Source of the DNA: a virus
Strand: one strand, 5' to 3'
DNA: 64,000 nt
IMG/VR virus record: IMGVR_UViG_3300013005_000002
Location: 15,791 to 79,790 of that record
The position numbers and the translations under genes were made by a program. The notes beneath the pieces are model-generated. The model searched no databases. It saw only the letters and a program-made list of their open reading frames with translations, and was not told the DNA's origin. Shown piece after piece: positions 1 through 7,578 of the stretch; position 1 is the first letter of the stretch; each line of letters opens with the position of its first letter.

Positions 1-127
1 AGTTCATTGTCGTTTAAATCCTCAAGGTCACCATCAAGATATCCTCCTGAAGAAATGTGAGAGTCACAAGCTGAATGTCTACCTAATTCAATTTCGAGTT
101 CTACAGGTCTATTCTTATAAGTTGTTT

Positions 128-382
128 TCATTTTACACGTCCTATTCTTTTTACTTCTTTAAGATTAAACCATATTCCAATTTGATATGGATTATTTTGA
201 GTTACAAATACATTAACAGATTCTCCGTCTACTCGATTTACAACACCTGTTTTACCTGGTAAGCCTTTTTTAATTCTAACAATATCTTTCGATTCAATAG
301 GTCTATTTTTATATGTTGTTTTCATTTTAAATATCCTCCCTAAAATAATCCTCAATTTCATTTTTTGCATCTCTAAAGTCAC
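128..382 (-). CDS. hypothetical protein (probable start at internal MKTTYK; possible SH3/KOW-like fold)
   Basis: ORF track; part of a tightly packed minus-strand early cluster; GGAGGA-like RBS before MKTT. Confidence 0.6.
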   Translation of the reverse strand: MTLEMQKMKLRIILGRIFKMKTTYKNRPIESKDIVRIKKGLPGKTGVVNRVDGESVNVFVTQNNPYQIGIWFNLKEVKRIGRVK

Positions 383-619
383 AGTTCAATAGAATGCTTG
401 CAATTGAACTCGCCCACATGTATTGTATGTTTTTATAACAATATCTTAAAACATCATCTATTTGTTGTTTATCAAACAAGTCATTCATATTATCACTTGA
501 ATTACTCATTTAAACATTCCTTTCACTAATGCTTTAAAAATAGCATATATTGGATATAAAATATATAAAGAGTATAATAGTATAAACGGTGAGAATAGGA
601 TGAATATTGCTGTTAACAT

Positions 620-955
620 TTATTCTCCTCCAATTTGTTGTTTTAATTCATTTACAATATAATGATCGTAGTTTAGTGCATTTTCTTGATATTGCCCCAC
701 AAATCCCCAACATGAGTCGATATGTTCCCAACCTATGTCAACTTCTGGATTCCATTTTTCTAGCACATATCCAAAGACACCGTCATCATTAATTCTTTGA
801 ATCATTTTCTTTTTATCAATTTCTAATTGTTTAGCGTCAATGTCTGGATTAGTCTTTGGACAGTAAGCATCTCCTAATAAATCATTGATTGGGCAACGAT
901 CGTCTGGAATTTCTACAATGCGATAATTGTTTTGTTGTAAAATGATACGTTTCAT
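620..955 (-). CDS. hypothetical phage protein
   Basis: 111-aa ORF with RBS; contains a DSCWGF motif common in phage hypothetical proteins. Confidence 0.7.
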   Translation of the reverse strand: MKRIILQQNNYRIVEIPDDRCPINDLLGDAYCPKTNPDIDAKQLEIDKKKMIQRINDDGVFGYVLEKWNPEVDIGWEHIDSCWGFVGQYQENALNYDHYIVNELKQQIGGE

Positions 956-957
956 AA

Positions 958-1239
958 CTATGTCCTTTCACTTAAAGATTCATTTAAGTCATAAATAATT
1001 GAATTTACTAGGTTATTTCTTTCTTGATCTGTCATCTTGTATTTATTGATGCAATCCCCTGCATAGCTGGATAAAACGTCAATCAATAGTCTAGTACCTT
1101 GTCTTGACAGAATTTCATTTAAAACTTTAACATCATTCTTTACTTGGTCAACATCACCATAATTTGTTGTAATACTTGAAACATAACTCATAAAATCTCC
1201 TTTATTAAAATGATTTATAAATAATTGTTTCGTCGTCAA
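958..1239 (-). CDS. hypothetical protein (probable start MSYVSS)
   Basis: ORF track; AAAGGAG RBS before the internal Met. Confidence 0.6.
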   Translation of the reverse strand: MTTKQLFINHFNKGDFMSYVSSITTNYGDVDQVKNDVKVLNEILSRQGTRLLIDVLSSYAGDCINKYKMTDQERNNLVNSIIYDLNESLSERT

Positions 1240-1495
1240 CTTGGATTACTGTCGTGTTGTCTTGTAAATCCTCCAAAGACTCGCACCCAGTCTCGCGCTC
1301 TATATCTTTGACATCAATCTCGCTGTAGTCACAGCATAGTGCAATAACGTCAAGCTCTAATTCCATGTCGCAGTCTTGCTCAAGCTGCTCCAAGTGCTCA
1401 AATAACGCTCTTAATCCTGCCCGGCTGAACTGGTCTTGTCTGCCATAAGCTGTGAATGCTCTGATAAAGTCTGATTCATCGATTGTTTGTTTCAT
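1205..1495 (-). CDS. conserved phage hypothetical protein
   Basis: 96-aa ORF with FSRAGLRALFEHLE...ELDVIALCCDYSE motif seen in many phage early proteins; GGAGG RBS. Confidence 0.75.
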   Translation of the reverse strand: MKQTIDESDFIRAFTAYGRQDQFSRAGLRALFEHLEQLEQDCDMELELDVIALCCDYSEIDVKDIERETGCESLEDLQDNTTVIQVDDETIIYKSF

Positions 1496-1649
1496 TTTAC
1501 TTCCCTCCGTTTGATTGTTTAATAATACACATTAAAAACACAACAACACAAATTAAATATCCATATTGGCCTAAAGTGATATTAGCTACAGAACATAAGG
1601 ATATTAATTTTACTGTTTCCATTGTCGCCTCGCTTGTACATATATCTAT

Positions 1650-1665
1650 TGCAATCGTTCGGCCA
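1650..1665 (-). promoter_or_regulatory. sigma54-type (-24/-12) promoter
   Basis: minus strand TGGCCG-AACGA-TTGCA; followed by GAGG RBS and ATG at 1622 heading the leftward cluster. Confidence 0.5.
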
Positions 1666-1820
1666 CCCTTGAATCAATTATAACACTTACTCGCACCACC
1701 CACACTGTCAAAAAATCATACAATTTATCAGTTTACCCGGCTAACCTGTTGATTTTACGTGCATTTCGCCACTGTAAAACTTACATGCATTTTAAAAAAC
1801 TTATACGCATCAAAATTAGA

Positions 1821-1850
1821 TTGACAAAATAACAAGTTAGAGTGTATCAT
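1821..1850 (+). promoter_or_regulatory. sigma70-like promoter with a TAACAAGTTAG motif in its spacer
   Basis: TTGACA 1821-1826, 18 nt, TATCAT 1845-1850; TAACAAGTTAG at 1830-1840. Confidence 0.45.
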
Positions 1851-2758
1851 AATGAGAACAACTGGTTGACAAGGTAATAGCTGCAAAATCAAGGCCTTAG
1901 TCAATTTGATACAGGTAATAGCTCGGATGGCACAAGGGTATTCTTCCCTTGAGTAAGTGGATGAACCTCAAGACTTATAAACTTGAGGTGGCATTAAATA
2001 GGCTTTACTCATAACCTGTATTGACGCTCACTAGAATAGCGAGACACTCTAGCCACTTCTAAATAACGTCTCAATCCGAGACAAATTATATCCTCACTGG
2101 ATAGTTAGTGAATATTGTCTCAAAACAAAGCACATTTGCTGTTTTAGCTTGAACCTTAGAGTGAAGCCGAAACAAAGTGAAAGGCTGAACGCTTCAAGCG
2201 TAAAACCACATCCCAAAATGATACGTCACGGATTAGTGGATTTTATTAAAAATCGGTGTATTAAATCGGGACTACCCCAATTAGTTTAAAAATTCATTGT
2301 TTTCATTGGATATAATCTCAAAATGAATCAAGTCTAAAAATGAAAAATCATCCATTTCTACAATTTTAAAATCATAATCTGGAAAGTCATGAGACAATTG
2401 AAACATTTTAATTTGAGACTCGGCATAATTATTGCAAGTGTTCTCAATTGAAGATACTTCTTTGTTATTTAATAGTTTAATACCTTTAATTTTCACCATA
2501 AAATGAACTCCTTATATCCAATAAGCGTTATAACTTGCCACTACCTTATTATAATGGCATATAATCCAAACATGAAGTGTATAATGTAGTATGTATCATA
2601 TTGCTACATATATAGACAAAGCATGAGTGTAGTAATTTGAGACATAATCCAGAAAGAGTGTATTAAACTGAGATTGGAATTATTCTCATCAATTTTCAAT
2701 TCAATCATTTTCTGTTTACACTCCACTCAACAACACTATCAATATTCTGTCTACTTGT

Positions 2759-2804
2759 TGGCATAATTCTTGCAAACTCTAATGCTATTGCAAGTATCAT
2801 ACCA
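2759..2804. promoter_or_regulatory. convergent pair of sigma54-type motifs
   Basis: + TGGCAT-AATTC-TTGCA (2759-2774) and - TGGTAT-GATAC-TTGCA (2789-2804). Confidence 0.45.
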
Positions 2805-2899
2805 ATGAGTACTAATCCTATTATTTTTTCAAACATATATTCTCCTTTTGAGATAAATAAAAATCCATCCTGTTAACCCCCCGATTGCGTTTCCCCCCC

Positions 2900-3103
2900 T
2901 TAAGCTTCTATCCACTGTAACAATGCCTCTATCGTCTTGTTGTGAATACCATTGAACCCCATGTCTCTTAGTACTTCGAACATGGCAAAGTCCATGTATC
3001 GAGGGCTACAACTATACTTAGACTGCCACGTGACATTGAACTGCTCTGCCAGTCTTGTCTTGTCAACATGTTGTTTTATATCTTTGAACTTCATATCATC
3101 CAA
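2900..3103 (-). CDS. hypothetical protein
   Basis: 67-aa ORF overlapping the stop of the upstream ORF. Confidence 0.6.
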   Translation of the reverse strand: MDDMKFKDIKQHVDKTRLAEQFNVTWQSKYSCSPRYMDFAMFEVLRDMGFNGIHNKTIEALLQWIEA

Positions 3104-3347
3104 CCTTTGGAAGTATGAAGATTAACTCATAGACGTTATCCACGCAATTGTAGCCATAAGTCTCGCACAAGTTGATAACATGTCTATCAATTTGACTGAT
3201 GTACTTCTTTGACTTGCGCTTAGACCTGACAATGCTGCTTGCAAGTTCTGTGCCAGAATAATGTTGTTGCAATTGTACCAGTCTTTGTGAGATGATATAG
3301 GATTCCGGATTCTGGTTTGAATATTCTAGACCTAGTTGTTGTTTCAT
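3096..3347 (-). CDS. hypothetical protein
   Basis: 83-aa ORF with AAAGGA RBS. Confidence 0.55.
   Translation of the reverse strand: MKQQLGLEYSNQNPESYIISQRLVQLQQHYSGTELASSIVRSKRKSKKYISQIDRHVINLCETYGYNCVDNVYELIFILPKVG
3240..3255 (-). promoter_or_regulatory. sigma54-type promoter (perfect consensus)
   Basis: minus strand TGGCAC-AGAAC-TTGCA, inside ORF 3096-3347. Confidence 0.5.
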
Positions 3348-3489
3348 ATAATCATCCTTTCCTGTTTACGTAAACGTGTCACTGTTGGCTTTGGTTGAAT
3401 TTTTTTAGTCCGTTGGGGTTTAGTCACCCCATCGGCGTAACCGGGTTTGCAGACAACATAGAGCGCATTCATTGAGCCGACTGGTAGTT

Positions 3490-3927
3490 TCACTTGACAC
3501 CCCCCTCTTGAATAGACATAGATCTGAATTCAAAGGGCAGGAACCCTTGACGGTCAACGGTGGACCCGTGAGCCTTGCAGATCTGCAGTCGGTAGGGTTC
3601 CAGGTCTTGCCATGAAAGATACAGCCTTAAGACTGAAGACTTGCCCTTGCCTCGGTATTCTGGTGGGAACTGATATCTGAAGCCAAGCCTATAGACATAG
3701 TTGCCTAGGTCTAGGGCCATGAGGCCTTTGTCCTTTGGAGTCTTGCCTAGGTGAATCTCTATGAAAGCCGGACACCCTGTTGGGCTGGTGTCGTGAGATA
3801 CAAGGTTGATTTTTAAAGTTTTAAAGTCCACGTTACTCCTCCCCATTGTAGCAAGTTTCATTCTGCAAAGTATCACTGATGTCCCACCCATTCTGAACTT
3901 GATCGTACAGGAAACTGATAGGGACAT
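3490..3927 (-). CDS. hypothetical protein (true start probably downstream, near 3831)
   Basis: ORF track; locally GC-richer; GGAG before GTG (VDFK). Confidence 0.55.
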   Translation of the reverse strand: MSLSVSCTIKFRMGGTSVILCRMKLATMGRSNVDFKTLKINLVSHDTSPTGCPAFIEIHLGKTPKDKGLMALDLGNYVYRLGFRYQFPPEYRGKGKSSVLRLYLSWQDLEPYRLQICKAHGSTVDRQGFLPFEFRSMSIQEGGVK

Positions 3928-4051
3928 CGATGATAGACTCTGAACTTGAAGCTCTGAATGTATCGTTGTCTAGGGTTTCAATTTTGAGTTCATTCTCGAC
4001 TGCGTATTGTATACATAGAGCCTTAATTTGGATTGCATGTACTTGTTTCAT
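3833..4051 (-). CDS. hypothetical protein
   Basis: 72-aa ORF with AAAGGAG RBS. Confidence 0.65.
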   Translation of the reverse strand: MKQVHAIQIKALCIQYAVENELKIETLDNDTFRASSSESIIDVPISFLYDQVQNGWDISDTLQNETCYNGEE

Positions 4052-4285
4052 TTTTTTTCTCCTTTGTTTGCGACCTATAAAATTTATCGGTTAATCTAAA
4101 AAAAACTTGAGTACTTTCTTAATTTATTTTTTTTCTCGGAACGGTACACTTGTTTCCGGTCTGAGTCAAACATTAAACCGTAGAGTCCCACAAGTAGAGA
4201 TACACCCACCATTATATTAGTTGTAACGTCGGGATTCAACATACTGTCTCCTTTTGAGATGCGTATCATTATAGGATTTGTATAC

Positions 4286-4301
4286 TGCATATGCTGTGCC
4301 A
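4286..4301 (-). promoter_or_regulatory. sigma54-type promoter
   Basis: minus strand TGGCAC-AGCAT-ATGCA upstream of AGGAG and ATG (MLNPDV) at the head of the leftward early region. Confidence 0.5.
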
Positions 4302-4548
4302 ATGTCTAGATGGGTTTTATTTGATCTGGAGTGGTGTCGGTGTCAACTGGATGAGCGTATCATTGTGGGATAGCTGAATGATTACATGGAGTTAGGTTGC
4401 AGGTGTTAGGATGCTGACATGTCAATAAGTTATGCGTTTCATTTGATACGGGGGTATAGCGGTTCTGTGGGTCTTGATATGTGCAAATATAGCCACACAG
4501 CAAACGGACCATTTTTTCATATTTTTTGCTAAATACATGTGTCCAAAA

Positions 4549-4559
4549 TAACAAGTTAG
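4549..4559 (+). promoter_or_regulatory. phage late-promoter/operator motif TAACAAGTTAG
   Basis: exact motif 19 nt before the ATG at 4579; one of 10 copies. Confidence 0.7.
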
Positions 4560-4578
4560 ATAAACCCCTGGAGTTAGT

Positions 4579-5322
4579 ATGAAGATAATGTCTAGCACGT
4601 GTAAATGTTGCAAACAAACCAAAACAAAGATAGCTAAAAAAGAAGGAAATAAATTTAATTATGTTGATGAAAATAATACACTCTGGAAAGGTAGGTATTG
4701 CCCTTCCTGTAAAAAAGAATATACAGCAAGTTACAATAAACTAAAGCCCCGGCCATCCGCCTACAAAAAATCAACTAAACCTCTTTTGGATAAAACTTGT
4801 ACTGTTTGCAAAACAGAGTTTAAAACAAAAAATCCAAGACAAGGACTATGTTCTAAGGAATGCAGAAGACAAGTTAAAAATTTAAAACGTAGAAAACCTC
4901 TATCTCCTAAAAAAGTAAAAGAACCAAAAATTGTACATCCTAAAAATTGTCTGACATGCAGTAAAAGCTTTTTACCTAAAAACTCACGAGGTAACTATTG
5001 TCAAAAAAAATGTATGCCTAGTGAAATTAAGTATCGCAAGAAAAGTAATCATACCGCTGCTGCCAAAAAACTAAGAAAACAACGAAAGCTTGTGCAAAAG
5101 TTTAAACAACCTATATCAAAGAAGTTTAAAAAAGAAATATTAGAAATATACGCTAGTAAACCTGAAGGATACGAGATAGACCACATTGTGCCTATAAACC
5201 ATCCTGACGTATGTGGATTACATGTGCCTTGGAATTTAAAAGTTTTAGCTAAAGAAGATAATTTAAAAAAGTCTAATAAGTTTGATGGTACTAATGAAAA
5301 TAATAATTGGGCTATCCTATAA
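4579..5322 (+). CDS. HNH endonuclease with CxxC zinc-finger repeats
   Basis: C-terminal EIDHIVPI..VCGLHVPWNLKVLAKEDNLKKSNK HNH motif; several CxxC pairs. Confidence 0.85.
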   Translation: MKIMSSTCKCCKQTKTKIAKKEGNKFNYVDENNTLWKGRYCPSCKKEYTASYNKLKPRPSAYKKSTKPLLDKTCTVCKTEFKTKNPRQGLCSKECRRQVKNLKRRKPLSPKKVKEPKIVHPKNCLTCSKSFLPKNSRGNYCQKKCMPSEIKYRKKSNHTAAAKKLRKQRKLVQKFKQPISKKFKKEILEIYASKPEGYEIDHIVPINHPDVCGLHVPWNLKVLAKEDNLKKSNKFDGTNENNNWAIL

Positions 5323-5479
5323 ATAGTACACTATTCTTCATTACTCTCCAATACAACTTGCTATACAGGGATAAGGATAGTCCTGTATAAATGTTAGACC
5401 TTAAATCAATTGGCATTGAAAGCACGTTAATTGTTCTATCTAAATTAAACACTATTACTACCCTATTATATTTTCTCAT
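5312..5479 (-). CDS. MxKY microprotein A11 (55 aa, MRKYNRVVIVFN...SVLFIG)
   Basis: hand-translated; converges on the HNH gene stop. Confidence 0.75.
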   Translation of the reverse strand: MRKYNRVVIVFNLDRTINVLSMPIDLRSNIYTGLSLSLYSKLYWRVMKNSVLFIG

Positions 5480-5628
5480 TAATAATACACTTTCCGCATA
5501 ATAGCTAGATACACCATAAAATACTGAGGACCACTTTCTGCAATTATAGTTTCTACGCTTGGTGACAATAATCCTATGTATTTAAATTTATAAACATTAG
5601 TTACTTCTATGTTTTTATACTTTCTCAT
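5479..5628 (-). CDS. MxKY microprotein A10 (49 aa, MRKYKNIEVTN...PQYFMVYLAIMRKVYY), paralog of A8
   Basis: hand-translated; TAATG overlap. Confidence 0.8.
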   Translation of the reverse strand: MRKYKNIEVTNVYKFKYIGLLSPSVETIIAESGPQYFMVYLAIMRKVYY

Positions 5629-5779
5629 AAAGAGAATCTCTCATATTTTTAAACAACTGATTATAGTCACTAAAGTCTAACAAAGAAAATCTTCTTTCTG
5701 TTATAAGAAGTATATTATAACATATATCGTTACTCATTTGAAAAGATAAATTCATTTCAATTATTTTATATTTCTTCAT
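5615..5779 (-). CDS. MxKY microprotein A9 (54 aa, MKKYKIIEMNL...DSLYEKV)
   Basis: hand-translated; stop inside the next start motif. Confidence 0.75.
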   Translation of the reverse strand: MKKYKIIEMNLSFQMSNDICYNILLITERRFSLLDFSDYNQLFKNMRDSLYEKV

Positions 5780-5931
5780 TAATAAAACACTTTTCTCATC
5801 ACAGCAAGTCTCACCATAAAATACTGAGGTAAAGCCCCTGCAATTAAAGTTTGAAGATTAGGCGCTATTTGTTGATACATTCTATTTCTACCATTAATAT
5901 TGTTTATTACTATTCTATTATACTTCTTCAT
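5779..5931 (-). CDS. MxKY microprotein A8 (50 aa, MKKYNRIVINN...PQYFMVRLAVMRKVFY), paralog of A10
   Basis: hand-translated; TAATG overlap. Confidence 0.8.
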   Translation of the reverse strand: MKKYNRIVINNINGRNRMYQQIAPNLQTLIAGALPQYFMVRLAVMRKVFY

Positions 5932-6071
5932 ACCTTACCTATATACTTTGCATTCATATATAATGCCAAAAGTGGATAATAGTCACATACAGTCAAATCA
6001 AGTTCTCGGGCTAAGCGGTCATACGCTATCATTGGAATAAAATCTATACTTACTAAATTATATTTTTTCAT
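5928..6071 (-). CDS. MxKY microprotein A7 (47 aa, MKKYNLVSIDF...KYIGKV)
   Basis: hand-translated; ATGA overlap with the next gene. Confidence 0.75.
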   Translation of the reverse strand: MKKYNLVSIDFIPMIAYDRLARELDLTVCDYYPLLALYMNAKYIGKV

Positions 6072-6228
6072 CATATCCCATTACCTTACTTATACTTAAC
6101 ATAGCAAAGAAATAAAACATTGCTATTCTAAGATTCCATACTGGCTTTAATTCTACAAGAGTATTATATTGTATAGAACGACGTAAGCTTTCTTTAATAC
6201 GTAAATCTAAATTGTTATATTTTTTCAT
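6058..6228 (-). CDS. MxKY microprotein A6 (56 aa, MKKYNNLDLRIKE...GYDEKI)
   Basis: hand-translated; hydrophobic C-terminal stretch. Confidence 0.75.
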   Translation of the reverse strand: MKKYNNLDLRIKESLRRSIQYNTLVELKPVWNLRIAMFYFFAMLSISKVMGYDEKI

Positions 6229-6231
6229 GTT

Positions 6232-6381
6232 TTACCAAAATAAAGGATACATTGGAATAAATATAAAACCACTTATAATTGTATGAATACGTAGTTCAGT
6301 TGCGTAATTTACTTCATACTTGAGTCCTTCTATTTTATTTAGAGTTAACCCCTTTATTTTTATGCATTTATATTTTTTCAT
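6232..6381 (-). CDS. MxKY microprotein A5 (49 aa, MKKYKCIKIKGLTLNKIE...YPLFW), paralog of A3
   Basis: hand-translated; clear alignment to A3. Confidence 0.8.
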   Translation of the reverse strand: MKKYKCIKIKGLTLNKIEGLKYEVNYATELRIHTIISGFIFIPMYPLFW

Positions 6382-6545
6382 ATATTTTCTTTTAAAGCAT
6401 AACACACTCTAGCATAAACCTGAAATCCAAAAGGTAAAAGAATTTCTTTAGACAGTTTATAATAAAATAAAACTTCAATTTGCGTTTTAAATACAGAGTT
6501 AAGATGACTGGATACTCCAGTATGTATATTTTTATATTTTCTCAT
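6378..6545 (-). CDS. MxKY microprotein A4 (55 aa, MRKYKNIHTG...YALKENI)
   Basis: hand-translated; ATGA overlaps at both ends. Confidence 0.75.
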   Translation of the reverse strand: MRKYKNIHTGVSSHLNSVFKTQIEVLFYYKLSKEILLPFGFQVYARVCYALKENI

Positions 6546-6697
6546 ATTTCACCAAAAAGAAACCACACAGGAAGATATGGAAACTGTCCTAGTATTATGT
6601 GGATATACAATTCAGTTTTATAATCTACCTCATACTTATAGCTTTCTATTTTATTAAGAGTTAGTCCCCTCATTTTTATGCACTCATACTTCTTCAT
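6542..6697 (-). CDS. MxKY microprotein A3 (51 aa, MKKYECIKMRGLTLNKIE...FLFGEI), paralog of A5
   Basis: hand-translated; ATGA overlap with the next gene. Confidence 0.8.
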   Translation of the reverse strand: MKKYECIKMRGLTLNKIESYKYEVDYKTELYIHIILGQFPYLPVWFLFGEI

Positions 6698-6845
6698 AAT
6701 ATAATGCTTCATTTCTTAATTTACACATTATTTGCCAAAATCCTTGGTCAAAGACCACATCTATTTGATGCGTAGTTTCAAAATTAAAACTCCGACATTG
6801 ATATAAATTTTTATAGTACAGGTATATTCTATTATATTTCTTCAT
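6684..6845 (-). CDS. MxKY microprotein A2 (53 aa, MKKYNRIYLYYK...ALYYEEV)
   Basis: hand-translated; overlapping junctions on both sides. Confidence 0.75.
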   Translation of the reverse strand: MKKYNRIYLYYKNLYQCRSFNFETTHQIDVVFDQGFWQIMCKLRNEALYYEEV

Positions 6846-7002
6846 AAATATAATGTTTCACTTTAAATTTTATTTGATGAGCAGTATGATGTGCACCTGT
6901 CGATAAAGCAGGAAATTTTATATATTTTGTCTGGTTTAAAAACAGTACACTTAACTGGTATCTTAAGCTAAACCATAAACTATAATTATGATATTTTCTC
7001 AT
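6832..7002 (-). CDS. MxKY microprotein A1 (56 aa, MRKYHNYSLWFSLRYQ...HYIYEEI)
   Basis: hand-translated; ATGA overlap with the PDZ gene stop; its own stop lies inside the next start motif. Confidence 0.75.
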   Translation of the reverse strand: MRKYHNYSLWFSLRYQLSVLFLNQTKYIKFPALSTGAHHTAHQIKFKVKHYIYEEI

Positions 7003-7412
7003 TTAACACATATCACTTCTCTAATTAAAACTATAATCCAAGTTTTATCTCCCCTAGTTACTGTAATCTCTACTTTAGTACCAGGCTTACCCCTGATCTC
7101 TTCATTAGAGTGTATAACATCCCCGGCTTTAAGTCCAGCTTTAAATGCTGGGTATCCTTCATATACAGATTCAATTAAGGGAAATCCAGAAAGACCTATA
7201 CCACCAAATGTATCCACACAGGCTTCACCTGGATTATCTCCTTTAGGAATAATAATGGTTTCTTCAAGTCCCCCTTTTGGATGATCGCCGCTACCTAATT
7301 CCTGCAAATCAACGGTGATTGATTTAGGCTGCTGAGGGGAGATGAAAATAAGCGACACCAATCCAAAATGGATAAGAGTACTAGCTATAAAAAATTTTAT
7401 ATCTCTAAACAT
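6999..7412 (-). CDS. membrane-anchored PDZ-domain protein
   Basis: N-terminal TM with S-x3-H (ASTLIH); GGIGL...VYEGYPAFKAGLKAGDVI...IRGKPGTKVEITVTRG resembles the PDZ domain of CtpA-type proteases. Confidence 0.75.
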   Translation of the reverse strand: MFRDIKFFIASTLIHFGLVSLIFISPQQPKSITVDLQELGSGDHPKGGLEETIIIPKGDNPGEACVDTFGGIGLSGFPLIESVYEGYPAFKAGLKAGDVIHSNEEIRGKPGTKVEITVTRGDKTWIIVLIREVICVK

Positions 7413-7578
7413 TTTTTAATACACCACTGGATATCTTATAATTAAATACTAACGAAATAAATAGTTTGGATATTTTATTCTCCACCATGTACCCAGCATT
7501 TTTTCTAATATAGCCGAGGTAGTGATAATACACTTGGTCATATACTTGACCTATGTGTACTGGTTTATATTTTTTCAA
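7405..7578 (-). CDS. dispersed MxKY-family microprotein (57 aa, TTG start, (M)KKYKPVHIG...)
   Basis: hand-translated; TTGA overlap with the upstream stop; exactly fills the intergenic gap. Confidence 0.65.
   Translation of the reverse strand: MKKYKPVHIGQVYDQVYYHYLGYIRKNAGYMVENKISKLFISLVFNYKISSGVLKNV

Larger units (their letters stand above)
5312..7002 (-). repeat. tandem array of 11 M[KR]KY microprotein genes (about 152-bp period)
   Basis: start motif ATGARRAARTATVA recurs at 7002, 6845, 6697, 6545, 6381, 6228, 6071, 5931, 5779, 5628, 5479; each opens a 47-56-aa ORF ending at or within a few nt of the next start. Confidence 0.9.

Noticed and set aside
4360-4622. Two minus-strand ORFs (85 and 66 aa)
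   Set aside because: They span a regulatory region (late motif, inverted repeats), overlap the HNH start and have no protein-like features.
5312-7002. CRISPR array or integron attC cassette array
   Set aside because: The repeat is only about 14 nt, degenerate at synonymous positions and non-palindromic; the units are ~150-bp open reading frames; no attC-like stems, cas gene or integrase are visible in the window.
5312-7002. One long gene fragmented by stop-codon recoding
   Set aside because: Successive units change reading frame and end in TAA, TGA and TAG; long genes elsewhere are intact under the standard code.
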